Assembly (NCBI GenBank): GCA_035493515.1
Contig: DATJID010000026.1
Location: 173-64,172, forward strand
Length of the DNA stretch: 64,000 nt
From: Candidatus Binataceae bacterium
GTDB lineage: Bacteria > Desulfobacterota > Binatia > Binatales > Binataceae
Direction of reading: 5' to 3'
How positions within the stretch are numbered: position 1 is the stretch's first letter; every line of letters starts with the position of its first letter. Position numbers and translations under genes: made by a program. Shown here piece by piece: positions 56,691 to 64,000 of the stretch. Below the pieces are notes generated by a model. It had not been told where the DNA came from. It saw nothing but the letters and a program-made list of their open reading frames with translations, and did no database searches.

Positions 56691-56984
56691 TCACCGTGGG
56701 ATTGTGGTCAGCAAAGTAGTCTGTGTATCAGGGGGCTGGCGGTTTGCGTGAAAATACAGCACCTCTGACGAGATGCCGACAATCTTCGCCATCTGCTGGA
56801 TCAGGTAGTCCTCGGGCGGATAGCGGTGATCGCGCTCGACCGCATCAAGATACGGAGGGTCCACTGGGCGCCCGTCCTCGCGCTTCAAGCGCGCGGCAAG
56901 CTCCCTCTGCGTAAGACCCGGCCTTCTTACGAGAGTCCCTTAAGTAACGAGAGTCGGGCCGTCGCCAGTAGGACCAAAGTCCAA
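56691..56984 (-). pseudogene. XRE-family helix-turn-helix gene interrupted by an in-frame TAA created within an 18-bp duplication
   Basis: Frame reads (TTG)DFGPTGDGPTLVT*GTLVRRPGLTQRELAARLKREDGRPVDPPYLDAVERDHRYPPEDYLIQQMAKIVGISSEVLYF. The stop is at 56940-56942. There is no canonical start between the stop and the HTH. Confidence 0.55.
56929..56955. repeat. 9-bp direct repeat acgagagtc spaced 18 bp (footprint of a small tandem duplication)
   Basis: acgagagtc at 56929-56937 and at 56947-56955. Removing one 18-nt unit restores ...GPTLVRRPGLTQ... Confidence 0.7.
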
Positions 56985-57054
56985 CTTACTGAAAGACCGT
57001 GGTTGTGAATTTAATGGCGCTGCGGTTGACAACAATGCCCGGCATTTCAGTCAA

Positions 57055-58191
57055 ATGAGTGGTGCTATCGAAAGAGTATCGGCGGCGAGCCAAGCGGCGG
57101 TAATTCTCGCAATCACGCTGATTGCGGGATGCGGCGTGCCGTCGGTTACCAATGTCACACCCGAGCGAGTCATGACGGGCGAGGCTTCTGCTGCTGCCGG
57201 GACTCAATTTCCGGCCGGCGGCGAGCCAGTCGCGGTCGCAATAACGCCTAGCGGAGACAATCTTTACGCGGCGAACCTGCTTGACGGCACCATCTCGGCT
57301 TTCACGGTTCAATCGAACGGCAGCCTTGCACCGGTCAATGGAAGTCCTTTCCAGACCGGGCTTCATCCCGTTGCGCTCGACGTCACGAGCAACGGCCGCT
57401 TTCTGTACGTAGCAAGTTCCGGTGGACAGAATGTCTCGGGGTTTGCGATTTCCGCCGGCGGTACGCTGACTCAAGCTGGAACTCCAAGTCCCGCAGGGTT
57501 CAGCCCGCTCAGCGTCAGCGCGGATGCGACAGGCAATTTCCTCTATGTTACGAGCGGAGTGGACAATAGCCTTTCTGCCTTTCGCATCGACCAGTCGACT
57601 GGCATGCTGAGCCGAATTGCAGGTTTTCCGCTTACCGTCGGCAGCGCACCGGTCGCGATCGCCGCCAATCCGCGCGGCAGATACGTTCACGTTTTGAGCG
57701 CGGCCAATTCAACTCTGACGACCTACGTTGTCGGGGCACAGACCGGTCAGCTCACCCAAATTGGCCAGAGCCAGACCGGTTTTCAGCCGAGCGCCCTGGC
57801 GATCGCGCCGAGCGGAGGGTTCATCTATACGGTCAATGCCGGCGACGGCACGATTTCGGAATTTGGGCTAGACCAACAAACCGGCGCAACGCGCGCGCTC
57901 GCGGGATCGCCGGTGGCAACGGGTCTGAACCCCCTCGGGATCGCGATTGATTCACGCGGAAGTTTTGCCTACGTGGCGAACTTCAACAGCAATGAAATAT
58001 GGGGCTACAGCATCGGCGCGGACGGAACCCTTCGAGCGCTGCCAGGCCCGAAAACGCTGGTGGCACCACGGCCGAAAGCTATCGCGGTAGCTCCGAACCG
58101 CGGCGTTCTCTATGTGACCAACGTCGACACGAATGCGGTGAGCGCCTACGCGATCGGGGACGACGGCCTATTAGGTCCGCTGTCTCAATAA
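57055..58191 (+). CDS. seven-bladed beta-propeller lipoprotein (lactonase / YVTN-repeat family)
   Basis: Lipobox LIAGC. Seven repeats of the type P.A.A..P.G.FLYVAN...N.VS.F.I...G.L (e.g. PLGIAIDSRGSFAYVANFNSNEIWGYSIGADGTLRAL). Confidence 0.75.
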   Translation: MSGAIERVSAASQAAVILAITLIAGCGVPSVTNVTPERVMTGEASAAAGTQFPAGGEPVAVAITPSGDNLYAANLLDGTISAFTVQSNGSLAPVNGSPFQTGLHPVALDVTSNGRFLYVASSGGQNVSGFAISAGGTLTQAGTPSPAGFSPLSVSADATGNFLYVTSGVDNSLSAFRIDQSTGMLSRIAGFPLTVGSAPVAIAANPRGRYVHVLSAANSTLTTYVVGAQTGQLTQIGQSQTGFQPSALAIAPSGGFIYTVNAGDGTISEFGLDQQTGATRALAGSPVATGLNPLGIAIDSRGSFAYVANFNSNEIWGYSIGADGTLRALPGPKTLVAPRPKAIAVAPNRGVLYVTNVDTNAVSAYAIGDDGLLGPLSQ

Positions 58192-58261
58192 CGGAATCAA
58201 AAGAAGATCCATCCAGCGTTTCCGGTGCGCGAAGCCCATCGATTGAGCGCAAGATGCACAA

Positions 58262-58732
58262 ATGAATGCAGTCGATATAGCCCCTTGGATCGGCGACTGG
58301 GCCTGGAGCCTGCCCTTGATAGTGCTGACCGTAGTGATTCACGTATGCGGTCTTGCCCTCATCGGTGGAAAATTCGTCGCCGTTCTTGGCGAGTCCTTGG
58401 ATGCTCGCAACTTCATTCCCAAATTTGCCCTGGTGATTGGTAGTACAGCCTTGTTGGCCACTGTGCTGCACGGAATCGAGAGTGCGATTTGGGCCGCAGC
58501 CTATCGCGTTCTAGGTGCCTTGCCAGACAACAGGTTAGCGATGCTTTATTCACTCAGTGCGATGACGACCTACGGCCATGCGGACCTATATCTGAAAGAT
58601 CAATGGCAGTTGATGGGAGCTTTGGAAGCACTAAACGGGATGTTGCTCTTCGGGCTAACGACGGCATTTCTGTTCGCCATGATCCAAAGGGTTTGGCCGC
58701 TCGGTAGTAGGGAACGGCATAGAAAACCCTAG
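58262..58732 (+). CDS. small ion-channel protein (Ion_trans_2-like pore) with non-canonical filter TTYGHAD
   Basis: 156 aa. TM helices, pore-helix-like AMLYSLSAMTTYGHAD, final TM ALNGMLLFGLTTAFLFAMI. Confidence 0.6.
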   Translation: MNAVDIAPWIGDWAWSLPLIVLTVVIHVCGLALIGGKFVAVLGESLDARNFIPKFALVIGSTALLATVLHGIESAIWAAAYRVLGALPDNRLAMLYSLSAMTTYGHADLYLKDQWQLMGALEALNGMLLFGLTTAFLFAMIQRVWPLGSRERHRKP

Positions 58733-59348
58733 CTGCGCAATTCTCGCCACAGAAAAGTCGTATGGTGTATGTGCTAATACTCTGTGAATCACCCCGGTCG
58801 TGCTCGGCAAAAGGGGCTCACGCCACCGGCTGGGGCATGGATCAGGACGGCGGGGCGCGCCGATGAAACAAGCACGTGGCCGTTCAGCCACGGGGCGCGC
58901 GGCGCAGTCGGATGATCACGGGTCCCCATTGCCCGAATCCGACGGGCCTATGCTGCCGAAGCGAACAGAAATTTGACTGTTTAGCGAAAACAGATTTGGC
59001 TCCATTGTCGGCGACGTCATAGCGCAGCTCTCGGGTCACTTTCATTCACAAGAGGTATCTTACGTGGGGCGGCGGTTTCGATTTCCGCGAGTGGCGAACC
59101 CGCGCCCAGGAAGTGCTATTGAATATTTAACAAATCACAAATTCCCTTCTGGCACTCTGCATACGCTGCATTAATCGACGCGCTATGCGCGGCCGATCAC
59201 ATACGTTTGTTTGGAAGGAGTCTTCGCGCGTCAAGCGCGGGGAATTTCGCCCCACCGAATACAAGCCCTGTAGCAAAATCGGCCTCGCTCGAAGGTGGCT
59301 GGGGTCCAGTCTAAAGAGCCATATCAACGGACATTGAGCATTGTTGTC

Positions 59349-59363
59349 TGGTACGAATTGTGC
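59349..59363 (+). promoter_or_regulatory. candidate sigma54 (-24/-12) promoter upstream of czcC
   Basis: TGGTACGAATTGTGC against consensus TGGCACG-N4-TTGC. GG and GC have the correct spacing, and the element ends 60 nt before the czcC ATG. Confidence 0.4.
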
Positions 59364-59422
59364 GTTTAAAGCCAAGACATCCGTGCCCTATAATAATTTT
59401 TGAATACGGAACCGAATCGAGA

Positions 59423-60658
59423 ATGCTCAAATGCTTATGGGTCTTAGCGTGGGCGATTGCCATCTTCATCTGGGATCAGCCGAACTCGGTCGCGGCAGAA
59501 GTAACGCTCGATCAAGCCGTAGCGATAGCACTCGAAAAGAATCCGGATCTCGCGGCAGCGGCGAACGAACTATTAGTTGCACGTGGCGAAATTCAACGCG
59601 CCGAATATTTCAGCCAGTTCAATCCACAAGCTCTGAGCGGTTTCGACTATCGGACTCGGTCCGCAAAATCGAATTCGCAGGATTGGCGTGCCGGTCTTTC
59701 TCAGGAACTGGAAATCTTCGGACAGCGCGCTCTCAGGCAGCAGGCGGCAAAGCTCGGTTATCAACGAACACAGGCCGAGGTTCGGAATCAAGTCAGGCTG
59801 CTCGCCGCCGCTGTCAAGATGACCTTTTACGAAGCGCTCCGCGCGCGTAAGCGAAGCAGCCTTCTCACCGAGCTCGAGGCACTGAACCACAAGTTGGCCG
59901 ACGCGGCGCGCGCTCGTTTCGATGCGGGCGAAATCGGACAGATCGACTTCAACCTCGCGCGCGTCCGATATGGCGAAAGCCGGAGGGCTCTGATCGACGG
60001 CGCCGAGACATACCAGCTCGAATGCTCCAGCCTCGGGCGCCTACTGGGCAATGCGGTTGGCGCTGAACCAGAGCCGGCCGGCGATCTTAGGCCCGAGCCC
60101 TTGCACACCGATATAGAGAAGTTGTTAGACCAAGCCAAAGCAAATCGAGCCGATCTTAAAGCCGCGCAGACGGAAATTAGGAGAGTCCAGGCCGAACTGA
60201 AATTGAATAGTAAGCTGGCGCTGCCAAATCCAACAATCGGGGTTTTTGGCGGACATGAGCAAAATACCGAGCGATTTGTTGGTATTGCTGTAGAGATTCC
60301 GTTGCCGATCTTTAATCGCCGACAGGGAGAAGCCACCGCGCTCGCCGGGCGCCTGGCTCGGGCGCGACAGAAGGTGCGCGCCACCGAATTGAATGTCGAA
60401 CACGAAGTGCGCGATGCCTACGGCAAGTACACCGCCGCGCTGCGTGCGTTGAGGGTCAGCCAGGAAGACGTGGTTGCCCCAGCCCGGGAGAGCTTTGGTT
60501 TGCTCGAGGCCGCGTTCAACGCCGGAAAGCTGGATCTGCTTAGTCTTTCGGTCGCCGAACGACAGTCCTTCGATGCGCAAATGGGATATCTCGACGCGTG
60601 GTTCAATTTTACAGCGGCGAAAACCTCGCTCGATCTCGCAGTTGGAGATTCCGCGTGA
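59423..60658 (+). CDS. czcC: TolC-family outer-membrane efflux protein (CzcC-like)
   Basis: Signal peptide, then LDQAVAIALEKNPDLAAAANELLVARGEIQRAE and a repeated OEP architecture. ATG at 59423. Confidence 0.85.
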   Translation: MLKCLWVLAWAIAIFIWDQPNSVAAEVTLDQAVAIALEKNPDLAAAANELLVARGEIQRAEYFSQFNPQALSGFDYRTRSAKSNSQDWRAGLSQELEIFGQRALRQQAAKLGYQRTQAEVRNQVRLLAAAVKMTFYEALRARKRSSLLTELEALNHKLADAARARFDAGEIGQIDFNLARVRYGESRRALIDGAETYQLECSSLGRLLGNAVGAEPEPAGDLRPEPLHTDIEKLLDQAKANRADLKAAQTEIRRVQAELKLNSKLALPNPTIGVFGGHEQNTERFVGIAVEIPLPIFNRRQGEATALAGRLARARQKVRATELNVEHEVRDAYGKYTAALRALRVSQEDVVAPARESFGLLEAAFNAGKLDLLSLSVAERQSFDAQMGYLDAWFNFTAAKTSLDLAVGDSA

Positions 60659-61788
60659 AGCGGCGAAATTTGCTGGTCATTGCGACCATCATCGGCTTCG
60701 TTCCGTCGCTCGTAGTAGCGCAAACGACCACGCCGGTATTGCTCAAGGTCTCGCCGTCATCGCAGGCCGGCCGTGAACTCGTGCTTGCTACGGTCACACG
60801 CAAGTCGATGCATCAGCATATCAGCGCCACAGCCACGATCGAACCCGACGCTGGCGCAATAGCCGATGTTTCCAGCGTCATCCCGGCGCGCGTCATGAAA
60901 CTAATCGCTCAGCCCGGACAATACGTCCGCGCGGGCGAACCGCTCGCGATACTGAGCAGCGTGGAGCTGGGTGAGGCGAAAACCGAGTACCTCAAGGCGC
61001 GCTCGCTCGAAACGATCACTGCGCAGAACCTCAAACGCGAGCAGGACCTCTACGCGAAAAAAATTACATCTATGAAGGACCTCCTGGAGGCGCGTGCGCG
61101 CCACGACGCCGCGTTGGCCGAATATAAGGCGGATCGCGAGAAACTTCGCCTCCTGATAGCTCCGGCCGATTTGAACACCGTTCAATGGTCCGATAACGGC
61201 CATCCTCTATCGGAATTTCCCTTGGTCTCGCCGATCGCAGGAACCCTGGTAAGGCGCGATTTAAAAATCGGAGGGATGCTTGATCGAAATGAGCCTGCTC
61301 CAATTACGGTGATCAACCTCGAACGGGTATGGGTGGTCGCTAATATCTTCGAGCACGATCTGGCGGGTCTAAAGACCGGCGACTTGGCGGAGATTGCGGT
61401 CGACGCTCATCCGAACCGTACCTTTACCGGCTACGTCACCTATATCGGTGACGAAATTAATCGTAGTACGCGCGCTGTACTGGCAAGAATCGAGGTTCCC
61501 AATCCTGACCACGTCTTGAAACCAGGGATGTTCGCCCACGCTTCAATAGAGACGGGCAGCGCGAGCGAGGTTGTCGTCGCACCGGAATCCGCCATCTACG
61601 AGGTCGACGGCCAACAAGTGGTTTTCGTGCCGTCCGGCAAAGGAGGGTACACGGCGCGCCCGGTAAAACTTGGCAGTCGTGGGGCTAAAGCCGTCGAGGT
61701 CATCGCGGGGCTCAAGCCGGGCGATCAGGTCGTAGCTAAAGGTGGGCTCGCGCTAAAGACCCTCATTGCGAATAAGGCCGCCGAATAG
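60655..61788 (+). CDS. czcB: RND efflux periplasmic adaptor (CzcB-like)
   Basis: GTG overlaps the czcC stop (GTGA). PGQYVRAGEPLAILSS, SPIAGTLVRRDLKIGGML, and C-terminal GLKPGDQVVAKG. Confidence 0.85.
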   Translation: MKRRNLLVIATIIGFVPSLVVAQTTTPVLLKVSPSSQAGRELVLATVTRKSMHQHISATATIEPDAGAIADVSSVIPARVMKLIAQPGQYVRAGEPLAILSSVELGEAKTEYLKARSLETITAQNLKREQDLYAKKITSMKDLLEARARHDAALAEYKADREKLRLLIAPADLNTVQWSDNGHPLSEFPLVSPIAGTLVRRDLKIGGMLDRNEPAPITVINLERVWVVANIFEHDLAGLKTGDLAEIAVDAHPNRTFTGYVTYIGDEINRSTRAVLARIEVPNPDHVLKPGMFAHASIETGSASEVVVAPESAIYEVDGQQVVFVPSGKGGYTARPVKLGSRGAKAVEVIAGLKPGDQVVAKGGLALKTLIANKAAE

Positions 61789-61806
61789 CCGCGAGACGGG
61801 TAAGCG

Positions 61807-64000
61807 ATGTCGAGCAGAATTTTTGAAGCGGCGCTCGGGAACCGTCTCATGACGATCATCCTGATTGTCGTCTTCGTCGCGATCGGACTTCGTGCGATGG
61901 TTCTCCTGCCAATCGACGCCTCGCCCGATGTCACGCCCAATGTCGTCCAGATCGTGACCGATGCGCCAGGACTCGGTGCAGCCGAGGTCGAAAATCTGAT
62001 CACTTTTCCAGTCGAATTGTCCATGCGAGGCCTGCCGGGCATTACGGAGATCCGGTCGGTTTCCCGTTTTGGTCTGTCGTCCGTCCAAGTTTTCTTCAAC
62101 GAGAATCTCGACACGTATTTCGTCAGGCGGCTCGTGATGGAACGCCTGGGCGACGCTGCGGCAACGATTCCCGGCGGGTACGGGCCCCCCGAGATGACTC
62201 CAGTATCGACCAGCCTCGGCGAGATCTATCAATTCGAAGTCAGCGATGCTTCCCGATCTCCGATGGAGTTGCGCTCCATACTTGATTGGAAAATCGCGCC
62301 ACGGCTTAAGGAAGTCCCTGGCGTAGTTGAGGTCAACAGTTTCGGGGGCGAACTCAAAACCTATGAGGTTCAGCTTCGGCCAGATTCGCTCGTCGCCTAC
62401 AAGATCACACTCGCGGACGTTTTTCATGCGCTAGACAAGAACAATCTAAGCGCCGGCGGCGGATACATCATCCATAACGGCGAGCAACAGGTTATTCGGG
62501 GAGCAAGCCTCATCGCGAACCTCGACGATGTTGGCAATATCGTAGTGGGCAGCCGCGAGGGCGTCCCGATTTACGTCAGGAATCTGGGCCGTGTCGCCTT
62601 TGCTCCGATGTTGCGGCAGGGCGCGGTCACTCGAGATGGAAGAGGAGAGACTGTCGCCGGAGTGGTGATGCTGCTGATCGGTGAGAATTCCCGGACCGTG
62701 GTGGATCGCGTGAAGGCCAAGATCAAAGAGATTCGGCCGACTCTGCCGAGAGGCGTCGAGATACGCGCTTATTATGATCGTGCGGAACTGATCCGCCGAA
62801 CGATCAATACCGTTGCCCACAATCTCGCCGAAGGCGCAATCCTCGTTACCGTGCTGCTCTTTCTGTTTCTCGGTGATGTACGCGCGAGCCTCATCGTCGC
62901 GTCGGTGATACCGCTTTCGATGCTCGCCGCCTTCATCGGCATGAACTGGATGGGCGTGTCGGGCAACCTGATGAGCCTTGGGGCCATCGACTTTGGCCTT
63001 ATCGTTGATGGCTCCGTCGTGATGATCGAGAACATATTCCATCGGTTTGCCAAGGAACCCAATGCGCAAGGGTCGATGGCGCATCGCATCTTTGAGGCGG
63101 GTCGCGAGGTCCTGCGGCCGATCGTTTTCGCGATCGGGATCATCATTGTGGTTTACCTTCCGATCCTCAGCTTCCAGGAAGTTGAGGGCAAAATGTTCCG
63201 TCCGATGGCCCTGACGGTAATCTTCGCCCTGGCGGGATCGCTGATTTTCGCGCTGACGTACGTCCCCGTTATGGCGTCGCTCTTTCTCAAGAGCATCGTC
63301 GCACGCGAGCCTTGGCTCACACGCCAATCCAATCGGATTCATGAACGCTTGCGGCAGCTTAGCTTAAAAAACCCACGAACCGTTGTGTGGACGACTCTGG
63401 CCGTGCTTGGCGCGAGCTTCGTTGTCGCTCCGTTTCTGGGCACCGAATTCATTCCTACCCTTGACGAAAATGTGATCAACCTGGACGTTTTGCAGGTCCC
63501 GAGCATCTCGCTCGAACAAGCGGTCAGAAACTCGACTGAGGCCGAAAAGGCTCTGCTCGAATTACCCGAAGTGAATCGCGTTGTGAGCCGGATAGGACGG
63601 CCCGAAATCGCGACTGACACCACCGGGCCTGACGAAAGCGACGTATACATTTTCCTCAAACCCAGACAACAGTGGCGTGCGGGCAGCAAGGACGAATTAC
63701 TCGAAACTATTGAGCGCAAGCTCAATGAGCGCGTTCCTGGAATGCGGTTCGGATTCTCGCAGCCGATAGAAGAGCGCGTGAACGATATGATCTCCGGGGT
63801 GAAAGGAGACGTCGCGATCCACATCTACGGCGATAGCATGGAGCGAATGATGGACGTCGGCGAGAAGATGATGAGCGTGCTAGCCGGTATTCCAGGAGCG
63901 GTCGACATCAAAATGATCCCTCGGACAGGGCTCCCTTCAGTAAATATCGCAATTGATCGAAGCGCCGTGGCGCGCTATGGAATCAACGCGTCTGACGTAC
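61807..64000 (+). CDS. czcA: CusA/CzcA-family heavy-metal RND efflux pump, N-terminal ~731 codons (continues past the window)
   Basis: Own translation: MSSRIFEAALGNRLMTIILIVVFVAIGLRAMVLLPIDASPDVTPNVVQIVTDAPGLGAAEVENLITFPVE... The frame is open to the last base (…SAVARYGINASDV). Not in the ORF track because there is no stop. Confidence 0.9.
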   Translation, partial: MSSRIFEAALGNRLMTIILIVVFVAIGLRAMVLLPIDASPDVTPNVVQIVTDAPGLGAAEVENLITFPVELSMRGLPGITEIRSVSRFGLSSVQVFFNENLDTYFVRRLVMERLGDAAATIPGGYGPPEMTPVSTSLGEIYQFEVSDASRSPMELRSILDWKIAPRLKEVPGVVEVNSFGGELKTYEVQLRPDSLVAYKITLADVFHALDKNNLSAGGGYIIHNGEQQVIRGASLIANLDDVGNIVVGSREGVPIYVRNLGRVAFAPMLRQGAVTRDGRGETVAGVVMLLIGENSRTVVDRVKAKIKEIRPTLPRGVEIRAYYDRAELIRRTINTVAHNLAEGAILVTVLLFLFLGDVRASLIVASVIPLSMLAAFIGMNWMGVSGNLMSLGAIDFGLIVDGSVVMIENIFHRFAKEPNAQGSMAHRIFEAGREVLRPIVFAIGIIIVVYLPILSFQEVEGKMFRPMALTVIFALAGSLIFALTYVPVMASLFLKSIVAREPWLTRQSNRIHERLRQLSLKNPRTVVWTTLAVLGASFVVAPFLGTEFIPTLDENVINLDVLQVPSISLEQAVRNSTEAEKALLELPEVNRVVSRIGRPEIATDTTGPDESDVYIFLKPRQQWRAGSKDELLETIERKLNERVPGMRFGFSQPIEERVNDMISGVKGDVAIHIYGDSMERMMDVGEKMMSVLAGIPGAVDIKMIPRTGLPSVNIAIDRSAVARYGINASDV

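Noticed and set aside
57055-58191. Seven-bladed lactonase-family protein as the missing 6-phosphogluconolactonase of the PPP operon
   Set aside because: It has a lipoprotein signal (LIAGC) and so is exported. It lies 50 kb away in a compositionally foreign block. The fold family is broad.

Overview
High-G+C bacterial chromosome segment. Hand counts of single 60-nt lines give about 68% G+C in the core and 30-57% in a few islets. LolA, TolC-family and lipobox proteins indicate a diderm. I count about 49 protein-coding genes, 2 pseudogene remnants, and no rRNA, tRNA or CRISPR array that I can see.

Layout:
- 1-5.6 kb: minus-strand pentose-phosphate operon gnd-zwf-tal-pgi, translationally coupled to a DNA glycosylase gene (mpg).
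- 5.8-7.3 kb: low-GC islet with an orphan Flp-type pilin and a Big_2-like lipoprotein.
- 7.4-18.3 kb: TetR-led, tightly packed seven-gene cluster. It encodes a HAD-IB hydrolase, a LarA-like DUF2088 protein, a 1473-aa reductase/acyl-AMP-ligase/ACP/acyltransferase fusion (ElbD-like), a Cys-phosphatase, a phosphatidylcholine-synthase-family enzyme and a 637-aa unknown. I consider this the best candidate for an undescribed system, a possible ether-phospholipid pathway.
- 18.3-28.4 kb: housekeeping block (mrp, dksA, rimO, lolA, ftsK, rnj, ssb, two hsp20, DUF309).
- 28.5-32.8 kb: amidohydrolase, CMD-family protein, ilvB.
- 32.9-45.9 kb: envelope and secreted block. It holds a VWA-TM-FHA protein, a 683-aa secreted protein, an orphan HlyD adaptor, a PLC-like phosphoesterase, an APH-like kinase and MacAB.
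- 46-55.4 kb: acnA, a 23-aa-repeat protein, a PNPOx-like protein, lhr and a thioesterase.
- 55.4-64 kb: lower-GC mosaic with gene remnants (frameshifted membrane-protein fragment, XRE gene killed by an 18-bp duplication), a beta-propeller lipoprotein, a small channel with a degenerate K+ filter, and czcCBA, which runs off the window.

Many long ORFs in the supplied track are antisense or alternate-frame shadows typical of high-GC DNA and were rejected. All calls rest on my own reading of the translations. No database search was run.
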